Below, piece by piece: positions 25,232-32,649 of a stretch of DNA of 39,178 nucleotides. The stretch lies in the NCBI GenBank assembly GCA_016874945.1, contig VGSO01000001.1, positions 1 through 39,178 of the forward strand, given 5' to 3'. This DNA comes from Deltaproteobacteria bacterium (GTDB lineage: Bacteria; Desulfobacterota; Desulfobaccia; Desulfobaccales; 0-14-0-80-60-11). The notes under the pieces are model-generated. The model worked only from the letters and a program-made list of their open reading frames with translations. It was not told where the DNA came from and searched no databases. A program made the position numbers and the translations under genes. The stretch's first letter is position 1; the number at the start of each line of letters is the position of its first letter.

Positions 25232-27298
25232 TTAATGCAAGAACTGGTTCACGTTTAAGAATGGCTGCAGGGGCTGCAGCCCGGCCGGAATGCGGCCGGC
25301 GGCGCCCACCGGCGGAATCTCCATGACGAAGTCGGCGGGCGGCGTGACCGAGAAGTTCACCCCATGGGGAACGAAGAGCTGGGGATGATCGAAGGGCGCC
25401 CGCTCTTCCTGAACCCGGGGATCCGTGAGGCCCATGAGAAAGGCCACCACGGCCGATTTATTGGCATTGTTGCCCCGGATAAAGCCGATGGGAGAAATCT
25501 CCAGGGGGATATCCCCATCCTCATCTATGGTCACATCCGGGAAGTTCCCAAACCGGAAGTTACCGCCCCGGGAGTAAAAGTCCACCACCTGCATCAGGGT
25601 CGCGGCGCTCCCGCTGTGGAAGTAGGGACCCGTCAGGTTGATGTTGCGCAGATGGGGGACCTTGGTGGCGCCGGCATTAACTGCCCGGTCCGGCGTGGGA
25701 CGGGTATCGTTGGGTCTGAAACCAACCGGCAGATCGGGGGTAAACGCGGCCACCGAGGGGGGCAGCAACCCGTCCCGTTTCAGGATGGCCAAACTGGCCC
25801 AGGACAGGGGATACTCCGCCCCGGTGCGGGGGTTGACAAAGGGCGCGGTCCCCGCCCGGCCGGGGTCGTTGGCGGTCCGCACCACGCTGATGTTGGTAAA
25901 ATCCACGTCATAAAGGGCGTCACCCACCGAGAAAGGCATGAGTTCTATGGCGTTGGGCGGGTTTTTGGTCGGGTCGGGGGCAGGAACCGGGACTCCGGGT
26001 ACGGGATCGGGAGGCGCCAGCAGATTCCCCACCGACGCGCCGGTCATTTCGGGGCCAAGGTGGCAAACATTGCACTGCCCATTCCCCTGGAAAATCTGCA
26101 TGCCGAACACCTGCTGCGGAGTCAGGGCATTGGGGAACCCCTCCTGAAAGCGGTCGAAGGGGGTGTCGTCGGCGATCAGGGTGGCCTCGTAGAGCTGCAC
26201 CGCCAGGCCAAAGAAGAGGCTAAAATTGGCCTCCATCTGGTTGTACTGATCGGTGCCCACGGGGGCGCCGGTTTGGACGGTGGGAAGCCCATTGGCGTCA
26301 AAGGTGACAAATTGCGTGGTATTGCTCCAGTACCGGGGCGCGAAGGCTTGCTTGATCAAGTCCGCATAGGTGGCGTTGATGCCTGGGACATTGGTGGGCA
26401 CCCCGGAGACCAGGGTGGACTTGGAGAGGGCGCCCAGGACGCTGTCCTGGGGGTGCACCACCTGCTGGGCCAGGGGCGGCAGACTGAGCATCTTCTTGCC
26501 CACCTTGGGCCAGGTGCGTCCCCTCCAGGACATCTCGAAGTCGCTGAGGGGCGGTCCCACGGCCTGCGAAGCCAGGCTGGCGTTGCGGATGCGGATAACC
26601 ACCGGGGTCAGCGCCCCGCTGATATTCGCCACGATCCTTCTGTTGGGATTGCCGGTCGCGTCCGTGTCCGCGGCGCCGAAGGGGTTGGCGCCGTTGAAGA
26701 TATTGTTGGCCCGGCCGTCCCAGAAGTTGGCGAAGTTGAAGACGGCATTGATCACGGTGGGGGTATTGCGGGGCTCCACCCGGCGAAATCTCCTGCCCCA
26801 AATGGGGTCGGTTAGGGGAGTCCCGGCATCCACGGCATTTCCCGGAACGATATCGGTGAACTGGAAAAGCCGCACCCCCTGGGAAGAGACCACGTCATTC
26901 CAATCCCGGAGTACGCCTTGGCTGGGATCATTGGGATTGACAAACTTGACGAAGGGGAATTTGAACCTGCTCAGGTTGGTGTTGCGAGTGCCCGCCTGGA
27001 AGGTGGTATCCCCCCCCAGGGTGTCGGGGTTGAGTTGGGCCCGGGTCCGGTTGTCGGCCCCGGCGTGGAAATGGCAACTGGCGCAGGCGGTGAAGCCGTC
27101 GCTGCCCACCTGCATGTCCCAGAACAGGGCCTTGCCCAACGTGATGGCCGCGGCTCTATCCCGGACAAAACTGCCGATAGTGGGGGGCTCAGGCACCAGG
27201 ATGGTTTTCAGGGATTGCCCCCAAACGGCTCCGGGCAGAAGAGCCAGTCCCAAGACCATGGCCAGGATAAAACTGGCCCTTAACTTAGAAGCTTGCAT
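25232..27298 (-). CDS. Secreted dihaem cytochrome c peroxidase/MauG-family protein, unusually long (688 aa)
   Basis: A Sec signal is present (MQASKLRASFILAMVLGLALLPGAVWG). There are two CxxCH motifs, CASCH (27071-27085) and CNVCH (26060-26074). SD GGAGGAG lies 8 nt upstream. Confidence 0.9.
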   Translation of the reverse strand: MQASKLRASFILAMVLGLALLPGAVWGQSLKTILVPEPPTIGSFVRDRAAAITLGKALFWDMQVGSDGFTACASCHFHAGADNRTRAQLNPDTLGGDTTFQAGTRNTNLSRFKFPFVKFVNPNDPSQGVLRDWNDVVSSQGVRLFQFTDIVPGNAVDAGTPLTDPIWGRRFRRVEPRNTPTVINAVFNFANFWDGRANNIFNGANPFGAADTDATGNPNRRIVANISGALTPVVIRIRNASLASQAVGPPLSDFEMSWRGRTWPKVGKKMLSLPPLAQQVVHPQDSVLGALSKSTLVSGVPTNVPGINATYADLIKQAFAPRYWSNTTQFVTFDANGLPTVQTGAPVGTDQYNQMEANFSLFFGLAVQLYEATLIADDTPFDRFQEGFPNALTPQQVFGMQIFQGNGQCNVCHLGPEMTGASVGNLLAPPDPVPGVPVPAPDPTKNPPNAIELMPFSVGDALYDVDFTNISVVRTANDPGRAGTAPFVNPRTGAEYPLSWASLAILKRDGLLPPSVAAFTPDLPVGFRPNDTRPTPDRAVNAGATKVPHLRNINLTGPYFHSGSAATLMQVVDFYSRGGNFRFGNFPDVTIDEDGDIPLEISPIGFIRGNNANKSAVVAFLMGLTDPRVQEERAPFDHPQLFVPHGVNFSVTPPADFVMEIPPVGAAGRIPAGLQPLQPFLNVNQFLH

Positions 27299-27497
27299 AA
27301 CCTATTCTCCTCCCCTTTCTCCCCTGCAATTTACTCCATTTTAATTACAACGGTCATCCTCTTCATGCTTTTGCGGCTTAATTTGGCAAAACTGGAGAAG
27401 CCTTATAATAAAGAGGGGATCCTCGGGCCAGACGCCCGGAGAACCCCGTTTGGTTAACCGGTCTCGGGGGCCTTAGGCCCCCGAGGCTGAAGGTTAG

Positions 27498-28757
27498 TTA
27501 CGGCAACAGAGTGGTCTGGATGGTTGCCGCGCCGCCCAAGGCGGACCTCACGGTGACCGAAACCGGGGCATTGACGTTCGCGATCACCGTGTCGGCCCCG
27601 CCGACGTTCAACAGCCGGCCGGCGGCCCCCGCACCTGGGAAGAAGGCCCTCAGGGCCGGCGGGTTGACGGCCACGGAGGAAACGGCCGCCACGGTCAACG
27701 TCCGGGTGGCGATGGCATAGGTGGCCTTGGTGATGGTGACCACGTCCTTGAGGGGGGCCGTCAGAATAGTCTGTTGCACCGGAGGGCCGGCGATGGTCCC
27801 GGTGACCGTCACGTTCGCCGGGAAAGCCGGGGCTGCCCAGGGGATGAGGGCGGCGAAGACCGCGGTGGCGCCCTGCCTCACCAAGGGAACGGCCGCCTGG
27901 CCCGGCAACCCCGCGGTAATCGTCGAACCGGCGGGGATGGGTCGGGGGAAGTTGGCGAACACCTGGGCAGTGGCCCCGCCGACGGCCGGCACGCTAACGG
28001 TGGACTGGGTGACTTTGAAGGGGACGCCGGTGAACAACTCGGCCCCGGTGACAAACAGGTTGGTCTGGGCGTTGTTCCAACCCCCCCCGTTGACCCGGAA
28101 AAAGTTGTTGCCGGTGGGGCTGCCGGTGACCGGGGCGAGGGTGGCGGCGTCACCGAGAGACCCCGGAGGCGCGCCCACCTGCTTCAGGAAAGGCCCGATA
28201 TCCCCGACCCGCGCGGCATTGAAGTTTAACGGCACGGCCCCGATGTCAATGGTGTCGTTGATGGACCGGTTGCCCGGTTGGACGTTCTGATAGGTCCGGG
28301 CGCCGTAAGGATGAGTCACCGTGACGTCTCCGGCGACGGTGGTGTCAATGCGGATCCGGACCCGGGCGAAGACCATCTGATCCCCGTTGGCGGCGTCTCC
28401 TTGGGCAAAAGCGGCCTCCAACGCCAGAACCAATAAGGCATCTCCCGGAACGCCGGGATTGCTGACGGGGTCCATGGTGGCGGTGCTATGCCAATACATG
28501 GCTTCGCTGTTGAAGCCGATCTGGAGGGCAAAAGGGTTAACCGGGAACCCATCCAGTACGGGATCATTGTCCGGAATGCTCAGGGGGCTGGGCGGGACGG
28601 ACAACGTCACCGTCTGGCCCAGGGAGTCCCGGTACCAGACGGGAAAGCCGTTAGTCGGGTTTACCGGACCCACGGCCGTCAAAGCCGGCAGCGCCGCCTG
28701 GGCGAAAGCCAGGACCAGCGCCGCGGCCAACAAAAGGACTCTACCCTTCTTCAACAT
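27498..28757 (-). CDS. Secreted hypothetical protein (419 aa), no recognisable domain
   Basis: A Sec signal is present (MLKKGRVLLLAAALVLAFAQAALPA). SD AAGGAGA lies 8 nt upstream. The protein is Cys-free and rich in Ala/Gly/Val/Thr/Pro, with beta-rich-looking C-terminal segments (VTITKATYAIATRTLTVAAVSS). Confidence 0.8.
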   Translation of the reverse strand: MLKKGRVLLLAAALVLAFAQAALPALTAVGPVNPTNGFPVWYRDSLGQTVTLSVPPSPLSIPDNDPVLDGFPVNPFALQIGFNSEAMYWHSTATMDPVSNPGVPGDALLVLALEAAFAQGDAANGDQMVFARVRIRIDTTVAGDVTVTHPYGARTYQNVQPGNRSINDTIDIGAVPLNFNAARVGDIGPFLKQVGAPPGSLGDAATLAPVTGSPTGNNFFRVNGGGWNNAQTNLFVTGAELFTGVPFKVTQSTVSVPAVGGATAQVFANFPRPIPAGSTITAGLPGQAAVPLVRQGATAVFAALIPWAAPAFPANVTVTGTIAGPPVQQTILTAPLKDVVTITKATYAIATRTLTVAAVSSVAVNPPALRAFFPGAGAAGRLLNVGGADTVIANVNAPVSVTVRSALGGAATIQTTLLP

Positions 28758-28868
28758 GATTCTTGTCTCCTTTTTTTGGGCCTGGCCGGGCCAACCCCGG
28801 GGTGATCCGGCAACAGGGCAGTTTTAACCTTAATTATTGATGCGAGAGAGGAAACGATCAATGGGCAT

Positions 28869-28916
28869 TTTTACCTATTTTAGTATAGGTACTTTTTTGG
28901 ATAGGTATAGGTAAAA
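28869..28916. promoter_or_regulatory. Cluster of four ATAGGTA/TACCTAT half-sites upstream of the 419-aa gene
   Basis: TACCTAT lies at 28872-28878 and ATAGGTA at 28885-28891, 28901-28907 and 28907-28913. A 10-nt inverted repeat pairs TTTTACCTAT (28869-78) with ATAGGTAAAA (28907-16). The half-site matches the palindromes at 32391-32691. Confidence 0.55.
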
Positions 28917-28942
28917 CTACCAGGTTAATAAAACCTCACGCG

Positions 28943-28971
28943 GGACCGCGGCCCCTGGGGGGCCGCGGTCC
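28943..28971 (-). terminator. Intrinsic terminator after MCO-A
   Basis: A 13-bp GC stem (GGACCGCGGCCCC / GGGGCCGCGGTCC) sits 10 nt after the stop. On the minus strand GCGTGAGGTTTTATT follows. Confidence 0.6.
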
Positions 28972-28980
28972 GAAGCCGGG

Positions 28981-30459
28981 TTAAGCGGTGATATTGATGG
29001 GAATCCGGGCGGTAAATCTCCGGGAGCGACCCCTTAAGGTGTCCAGAAAGTCCACCGTGGCGAAGCCGCTGAAGGGCGCACTCTCCCGGATCAGGCAGTC
29101 AAAGCGCCGGGCCACGCTGAACTCCATGGGGGTGCCGGCCGGCACCAGCACGGGGGAATTGTACGTGCCGAAAGGCGGCACTCCCAGGGCCCGGCCGTCC
29201 CAGGCGATGATCACGATGTTCACCGGGAAGGTCACCCGGACGCTGTTGTAGGCCGCGTTGAGGACCCGGACCAGGATGTTCCGGTTGACCCGGGAGTTGA
29301 TGGACACCTGGACGCCGGAAACGCCGCTCATCAGATACGGCGGGACGACGATGCCCGGGGGCAGGTCCCCCGTTCCCCCCAGCGGGCCCGGCACGTTGAC
29401 CCCGGTGACGTACCAGTGGGTGGAGCGGTAATCGTTGAAGGCGAAGAAATCCGTGGGGAGGACCGGGACCAGGGGATCCCCGTGGGAATAAAAATTATCG
29501 TTGACCCCCGGTATGGTGCCTTCCACGGGAAAAGTTTGCGCAGAATTCTGAGCCAGGCGGGACCAGCGGATGTCCCGGTCGTCGAACACCCAGATGGCCT
29601 CGTTTTGGTAATGGACGGTATAGGCATGGGGGTTGGTGGGAAACTGGCCCTGGGGGTCCGGACTGGTCAGGGGGACGCGGTACGACGGATGCTGGTTGAA
29701 CTGGGGGAAGTTCGCCAGGTTGGCCGCCACCCGGCGGCTGCCGTTGGGGAAACCCAGGGACGGCCGGCTGAAACCGATGGGCCGGTTGTTCAGGACCACG
29801 GAGCCATTCGGGTTGACGGATGCAATGGAGGCATAAAAGGCGTCCGGCGGGTCCACCACGAAAAAGCCGTACAACCCGAACTCGAAGTGCTGCACGGTGT
29901 TCCGGTGGCAGTGGTAGAAGTAGCTGCCCATGTGGTTGGGCTGGAACTGGTAGGTATAGCGGCCCAGCTCCATGGAGCAGTGCCCCACCCCGTCGTTGAT
30001 GGGGGTGGGCTCGAACCCGTGCCAGTGGATGGTGTGGGGCGGTTGCGGGCTGCCCTGGGTTTCGCACTTGAAATCGCAGCCCCGGGGGGCCCGGATGGTG
30101 GGCGCGGGGAAGCTCCCGTCAATCGCTTCATTGATGCCGGTAGGGTCATTCATGAGGAAAAAGTCCATGGGCCGGTTGTCCCAGGTGGGCATAATCATGC
30201 CGTGCAACAGGGACCGATGCACCGTATTAGGCGGGCGGGGCGGGTTTCGGTCCAGGAAACCGGCCGCGGCCATGACCTCCGGCACGGGGTTGGGAAAGGG
30301 AAAATTGGCGGCAGTCAGCGGCACCGCCAGGGGCGGGCGAACCACCAGATCCGGGGTGGCCGGGCTCTCTCTGGGGGGGTCGAACATCTTGCTGTGCATC
30401 CCCTCCATGCCCGCCACCGACCTGCGAAGGACTCGAAACGCTGGATTTTGGAATGACAT
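28981..30459 (-). CDS. Multicopper-oxidase-like protein A: N-terminal cupredoxin domain with T1 ligands and four trinuclear-cluster His, a degenerate C-terminal domain, and no signal peptide
   Basis: HTIHWHG lies at 30016-30036 and YHCHRNTVQHFEFGLYG at 29872-29913. The C-terminal region ILVRVLNA...VIIAWDG has no HxH pairs. SD AAGGAGAA lies 5 nt upstream of the ATG. Confidence 0.85.
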   Translation of the reverse strand: MSFQNPAFRVLRRSVAGMEGMHSKMFDPPRESPATPDLVVRPPLAVPLTAANFPFPNPVPEVMAAAGFLDRNPPRPPNTVHRSLLHGMIMPTWDNRPMDFFLMNDPTGINEAIDGSFPAPTIRAPRGCDFKCETQGSPQPPHTIHWHGFEPTPINDGVGHCSMELGRYTYQFQPNHMGSYFYHCHRNTVQHFEFGLYGFFVVDPPDAFYASIASVNPNGSVVLNNRPIGFSRPSLGFPNGSRRVAANLANFPQFNQHPSYRVPLTSPDPQGQFPTNPHAYTVHYQNEAIWVFDDRDIRWSRLAQNSAQTFPVEGTIPGVNDNFYSHGDPLVPVLPTDFFAFNDYRSTHWYVTGVNVPGPLGGTGDLPPGIVVPPYLMSGVSGVQVSINSRVNRNILVRVLNAAYNSVRVTFPVNIVIIAWDGRALGVPPFGTYNSPVLVPAGTPMEFSVARRFDCLIRESAPFSGFATVDFLDTLRGRSRRFTARIPINITA

Positions 30460-30490
30460 ATTCGTTCTCCTTTAAAATCTCAGGGAAGGT

Positions 30491-32128
30491 TTACGGGAAC
30501 GCCGGGTCCACAAAGGGCGGCGGGAACGGCGGCCGGGGAGTCTGGGATAACAACTCCGAGTCCTTGCTGGGCCCCATGACGCCGTCGCGCCGCGCCTCGT
30601 CAATGCCATACACCAGGATCTGGGGAACTTGATCGAGACCGAGCATCATGGCGAAATCCTCGTCCATGGGGAAGGTCTGCGGCGGCAGCAGGGGCATATC
30701 CGGGTTGCTGCCGGGAGCGGCAAACCGGTCGTTGACGTTAAAGCGCGGCAGGGTGATGTTTAGGTCGCCGATGAAATATTGTCCGCCGATGACGCCGCAG
30801 TTGTAGTTGCCCCCCTGGGAGGTCTGGGAGGGCTCGGAATGGTCGTGAGCCGGATAGCACAGGGGCGACAGCCGCACCGGAATGGTATTGCCGAAGGCCA
30901 GGTCAAACTCCTCCACGGGCGGCCAGGTGGTGGCGCCGTTGGCAGTGGGAAGCGGAGCGTCCGCCAGGCCGATGCCCCGGACATTGTGAACGTCCGGCGG
31001 CCGCTGGAAGAGCATCAGTATATCATACCGGCTGGAGGGAGCCCCGAATTGGTTGGCCTGGAAGGTGTCCACCCAGATGACCCCGGGGCGGGTGAGGGTG
31101 GCATTGGCGGGAACCGGGGCGCCCATGACCACGCCGTCCACCGAGAGGAGGTAAAAGTGGTTGGCGTGGATGTGCATGGAATGGGTCATCAACCCGGCGT
31201 TCAGGACCCGGAGCACGCAGGGCTCGCCTACCCGGGCCATGGGGGTGACCACCGGGTTGTTATGGGAGAAATGGCCGGACTGGCCCATGGAGGTGAAGTA
31301 TTGGGGGATGTCGCTGGCCACGGTCAGGTCGTGATTATTGCGGCCGAAGGCGTCTCTGGTGAATCTCCGCACGAATTCCGCGGCCGGGAAGATCTGCCCG
31401 GCCGGGAGGCTGCCCACGTCCCGGAAGAGGAGGGGGCTGGCCTGGCTGAGGAGCCAGATATACTGCCGGAAGGGTGGGGTCTGGGTGGGCGCATTGGCCT
31501 GTTCCCAGGCCAGGCCGGGGAAGTGGGCGGCGGCGCCCAGGTCGTTGAACAATTGCTGCACCTGGGGAGTGGGATTGGCATAGGGCGTCCATTTTTGCCC
31601 CGCCGCCGGCGCCGCGGGCATGACGACGAAGGCGCCGTGCAGCCCCATCACCCGGTTCACCGGGGCATTCAGGGAGTCGAAATAGAGATAGGTGCCCGGG
31701 GCGCCGGCCGCAAATATGAAATCTCTCGGGACGCCGTCCGGCGGGATGGGCCCGCTGTTGAACATTCCTCGAATGACCAGGCTATGTGGCTCATCCAGGG
31801 CGTTGGTGATTCTGAGAGAGATGATGTCCCCCGTGGTGGCAAAGAGGGTGGGGCCGGGGCAATCGGCGGGAAGGTCAATGACCCGGCCGTCGCCCAGAGT
31901 CGCGGTCATCTTGTAAATCCAGAAGTAACATTCGCCGTTGCCGGGCCCGGCAATTACCGAGAGGGCGTTAAAGGTCGCCATCTCCTTGATGCAATCGGTG
32001 ATGGTGATGTCAAGACGGGCGATGTGGTCGGCCTGGGCCGGCTTGGCTCCCAGCCAGGGGAGCTTGGTACCCAACATCAAGGCGGCCGAGGCGCCGGTGG
32101 CGTACTTGATAAAATCTCGTCTTTCCAT
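30491..32128 (-). CDS. Multicopper-oxidase-like protein B with a Tat signal: degenerate N-terminal domain, C-terminal domain with HxxHxH and H-D-H
   Basis: ATG at 32128 (MERRDFIKYATGASAALMLG...AQA) has AGGAG 7 nt upstream, and the 32143 start in the track is TTG. The twin-Arg motif lies at 32105-32122. HSMHIH lies at 31166-31183 and HDH at 30839-30847. EPHSLVIRG and GTYLYFDS occupy the places of HWHG and WYHSH. Confidence 0.85.
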   Translation of the reverse strand: MERRDFIKYATGASAALMLGTKLPWLGAKPAQADHIARLDITITDCIKEMATFNALSVIAGPGNGECYFWIYKMTATLGDGRVIDLPADCPGPTLFATTGDIISLRITNALDEPHSLVIRGMFNSGPIPPDGVPRDFIFAAGAPGTYLYFDSLNAPVNRVMGLHGAFVVMPAAPAAGQKWTPYANPTPQVQQLFNDLGAAAHFPGLAWEQANAPTQTPPFRQYIWLLSQASPLLFRDVGSLPAGQIFPAAEFVRRFTRDAFGRNNHDLTVASDIPQYFTSMGQSGHFSHNNPVVTPMARVGEPCVLRVLNAGLMTHSMHIHANHFYLLSVDGVVMGAPVPANATLTRPGVIWVDTFQANQFGAPSSRYDILMLFQRPPDVHNVRGIGLADAPLPTANGATTWPPVEEFDLAFGNTIPVRLSPLCYPAHDHSEPSQTSQGGNYNCGVIGGQYFIGDLNITLPRFNVNDRFAAPGSNPDMPLLPPQTFPMDEDFAMMLGLDQVPQILVYGIDEARRDGVMGPSKDSELLSQTPRPPFPPPFVDPAFP

Positions 32129-32172
32129 GGGTGTTCTCCTCAATTTAAGGATTAATCACATCATTTGGCCTC

Positions 32173-32212
32173 ATGTTTATCTACGAAGCCTCATGTTTAT
32201 CTATGTTTATCT
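32173..32212. promoter_or_regulatory. Three direct copies of ATGTTTATCT at 32173, 32193 and 32203 (10- and 20-bp phasing), 45-85 nt upstream of the MCO-B start
   Basis: Direct reading. Longer units CCTCATGTTTATCTA x2 and TGTTTATCTACGAA x2 are present. On the coding (minus) strand the repeat is AGATAAACAT. Confidence 0.5.
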
Positions 32213-32262
32213 ACGAAACTAATTTTTGTGAGTTCCTCCTCCTGCCTTGAAAAGTTCAAGAT

Positions 32263-32284
32263 GCACAGGCTGGAAAGCCTGTGC
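32263..32284. other. Perfect 9-bp hairpin GCACAGGCT-ggaa-AGCCTGTGC in the MCO upstream region
   Basis: Direct reading. A second hairpin TGAGCC-gaa-GGCTCA lies at 32311-32325. Confidence 0.6.
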
Positions 32285-32390
32285 TACTGATACTTTTCAT
32301 GGTTTATGGGTGAGCCGAAGGCTCATGGCCAACTGCTTTAATTAAAGTTTCATGTTAGGTTTGATTATATGAGTCCCCAGATTATAATAA

Positions 32391-32408
32391 ATAGGTAAAA
32401 GTGCCTAT
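32391..32408. promoter_or_regulatory. Palindromic operator candidate ATAGGTA-aaag-TGCCTAT
   Basis: It sits next to two minus-strand TATAAT boxes (32381-32386 and 32364-32369). It is the first part of a ~40-nt module repeated at 32650. Confidence 0.5.
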
Positions 32409-32649
32409 TTTAGATGGACAACCAACTGAATCATGGGCAAAAGCAGTTAGTTGGCCTCCCTGGCGGAAAGGATGCCTGGCATTGGCCATGGTCCTCTCCT
32501 GGCAGCATCAATCCTTTCCCGGCGACTTGTGGCCCGGTAACGTCTTGTTGCATGGGAAGTTTCTCCTTCCTGAGGCTTATTTGCGCTCAACACCGGAGGA
32601 CTGAGCAGTTACTGCATGATATTTTAATGGTATGTAAGATAAAAAATCC

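Noticed and set aside
25364-26815. A 483-aa ORF antisense to the cytochrome c peroxidase gene. Similar long antisense or shadow ORFs occur at 29416..30456, 30779..32155, 35842..37338, 2992..3972, 363..1082, 1578..2306, 14550..15134 and 34718..35437.
   Set aside because: These are typical stop-codon-poor shadow frames of GC-rich genes. Their translations are low-complexity and rich in Gly/Arg/Pro/His, and they have no SD. The opposite-strand frames carry unambiguous catalytic motifs.
32129-32143. Longer starts given by the ORF track for MCO-B (32143), the Gly-rich protein (2983), GT4 (11332), NUDIX (5839), the methyltransferase (15185), the CDF transporter (34466), greA (33667) and the beta-carbonic anhydrase (37988).
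   Set aside because: Most of these are TTG/GTG codons reported as M by the track; the greA (33667) and carbonic anhydrase (37988) starts were not checked. In several cases the extension itself contains the SD for the downstream ATG (for example TTGAGGAGAACACCCATG). Downstream starts give canonical N-termini.
32311-32325. A possible cUUCGg tetraloop hairpin on the minus strand (TGAGCCTTCGGCTCA).
   Set aside because: The register gives a 6-bp stem with a 3-nt loop. A C(UUCG)G closure would break the neighbouring pair, so no special tetraloop is claimed.
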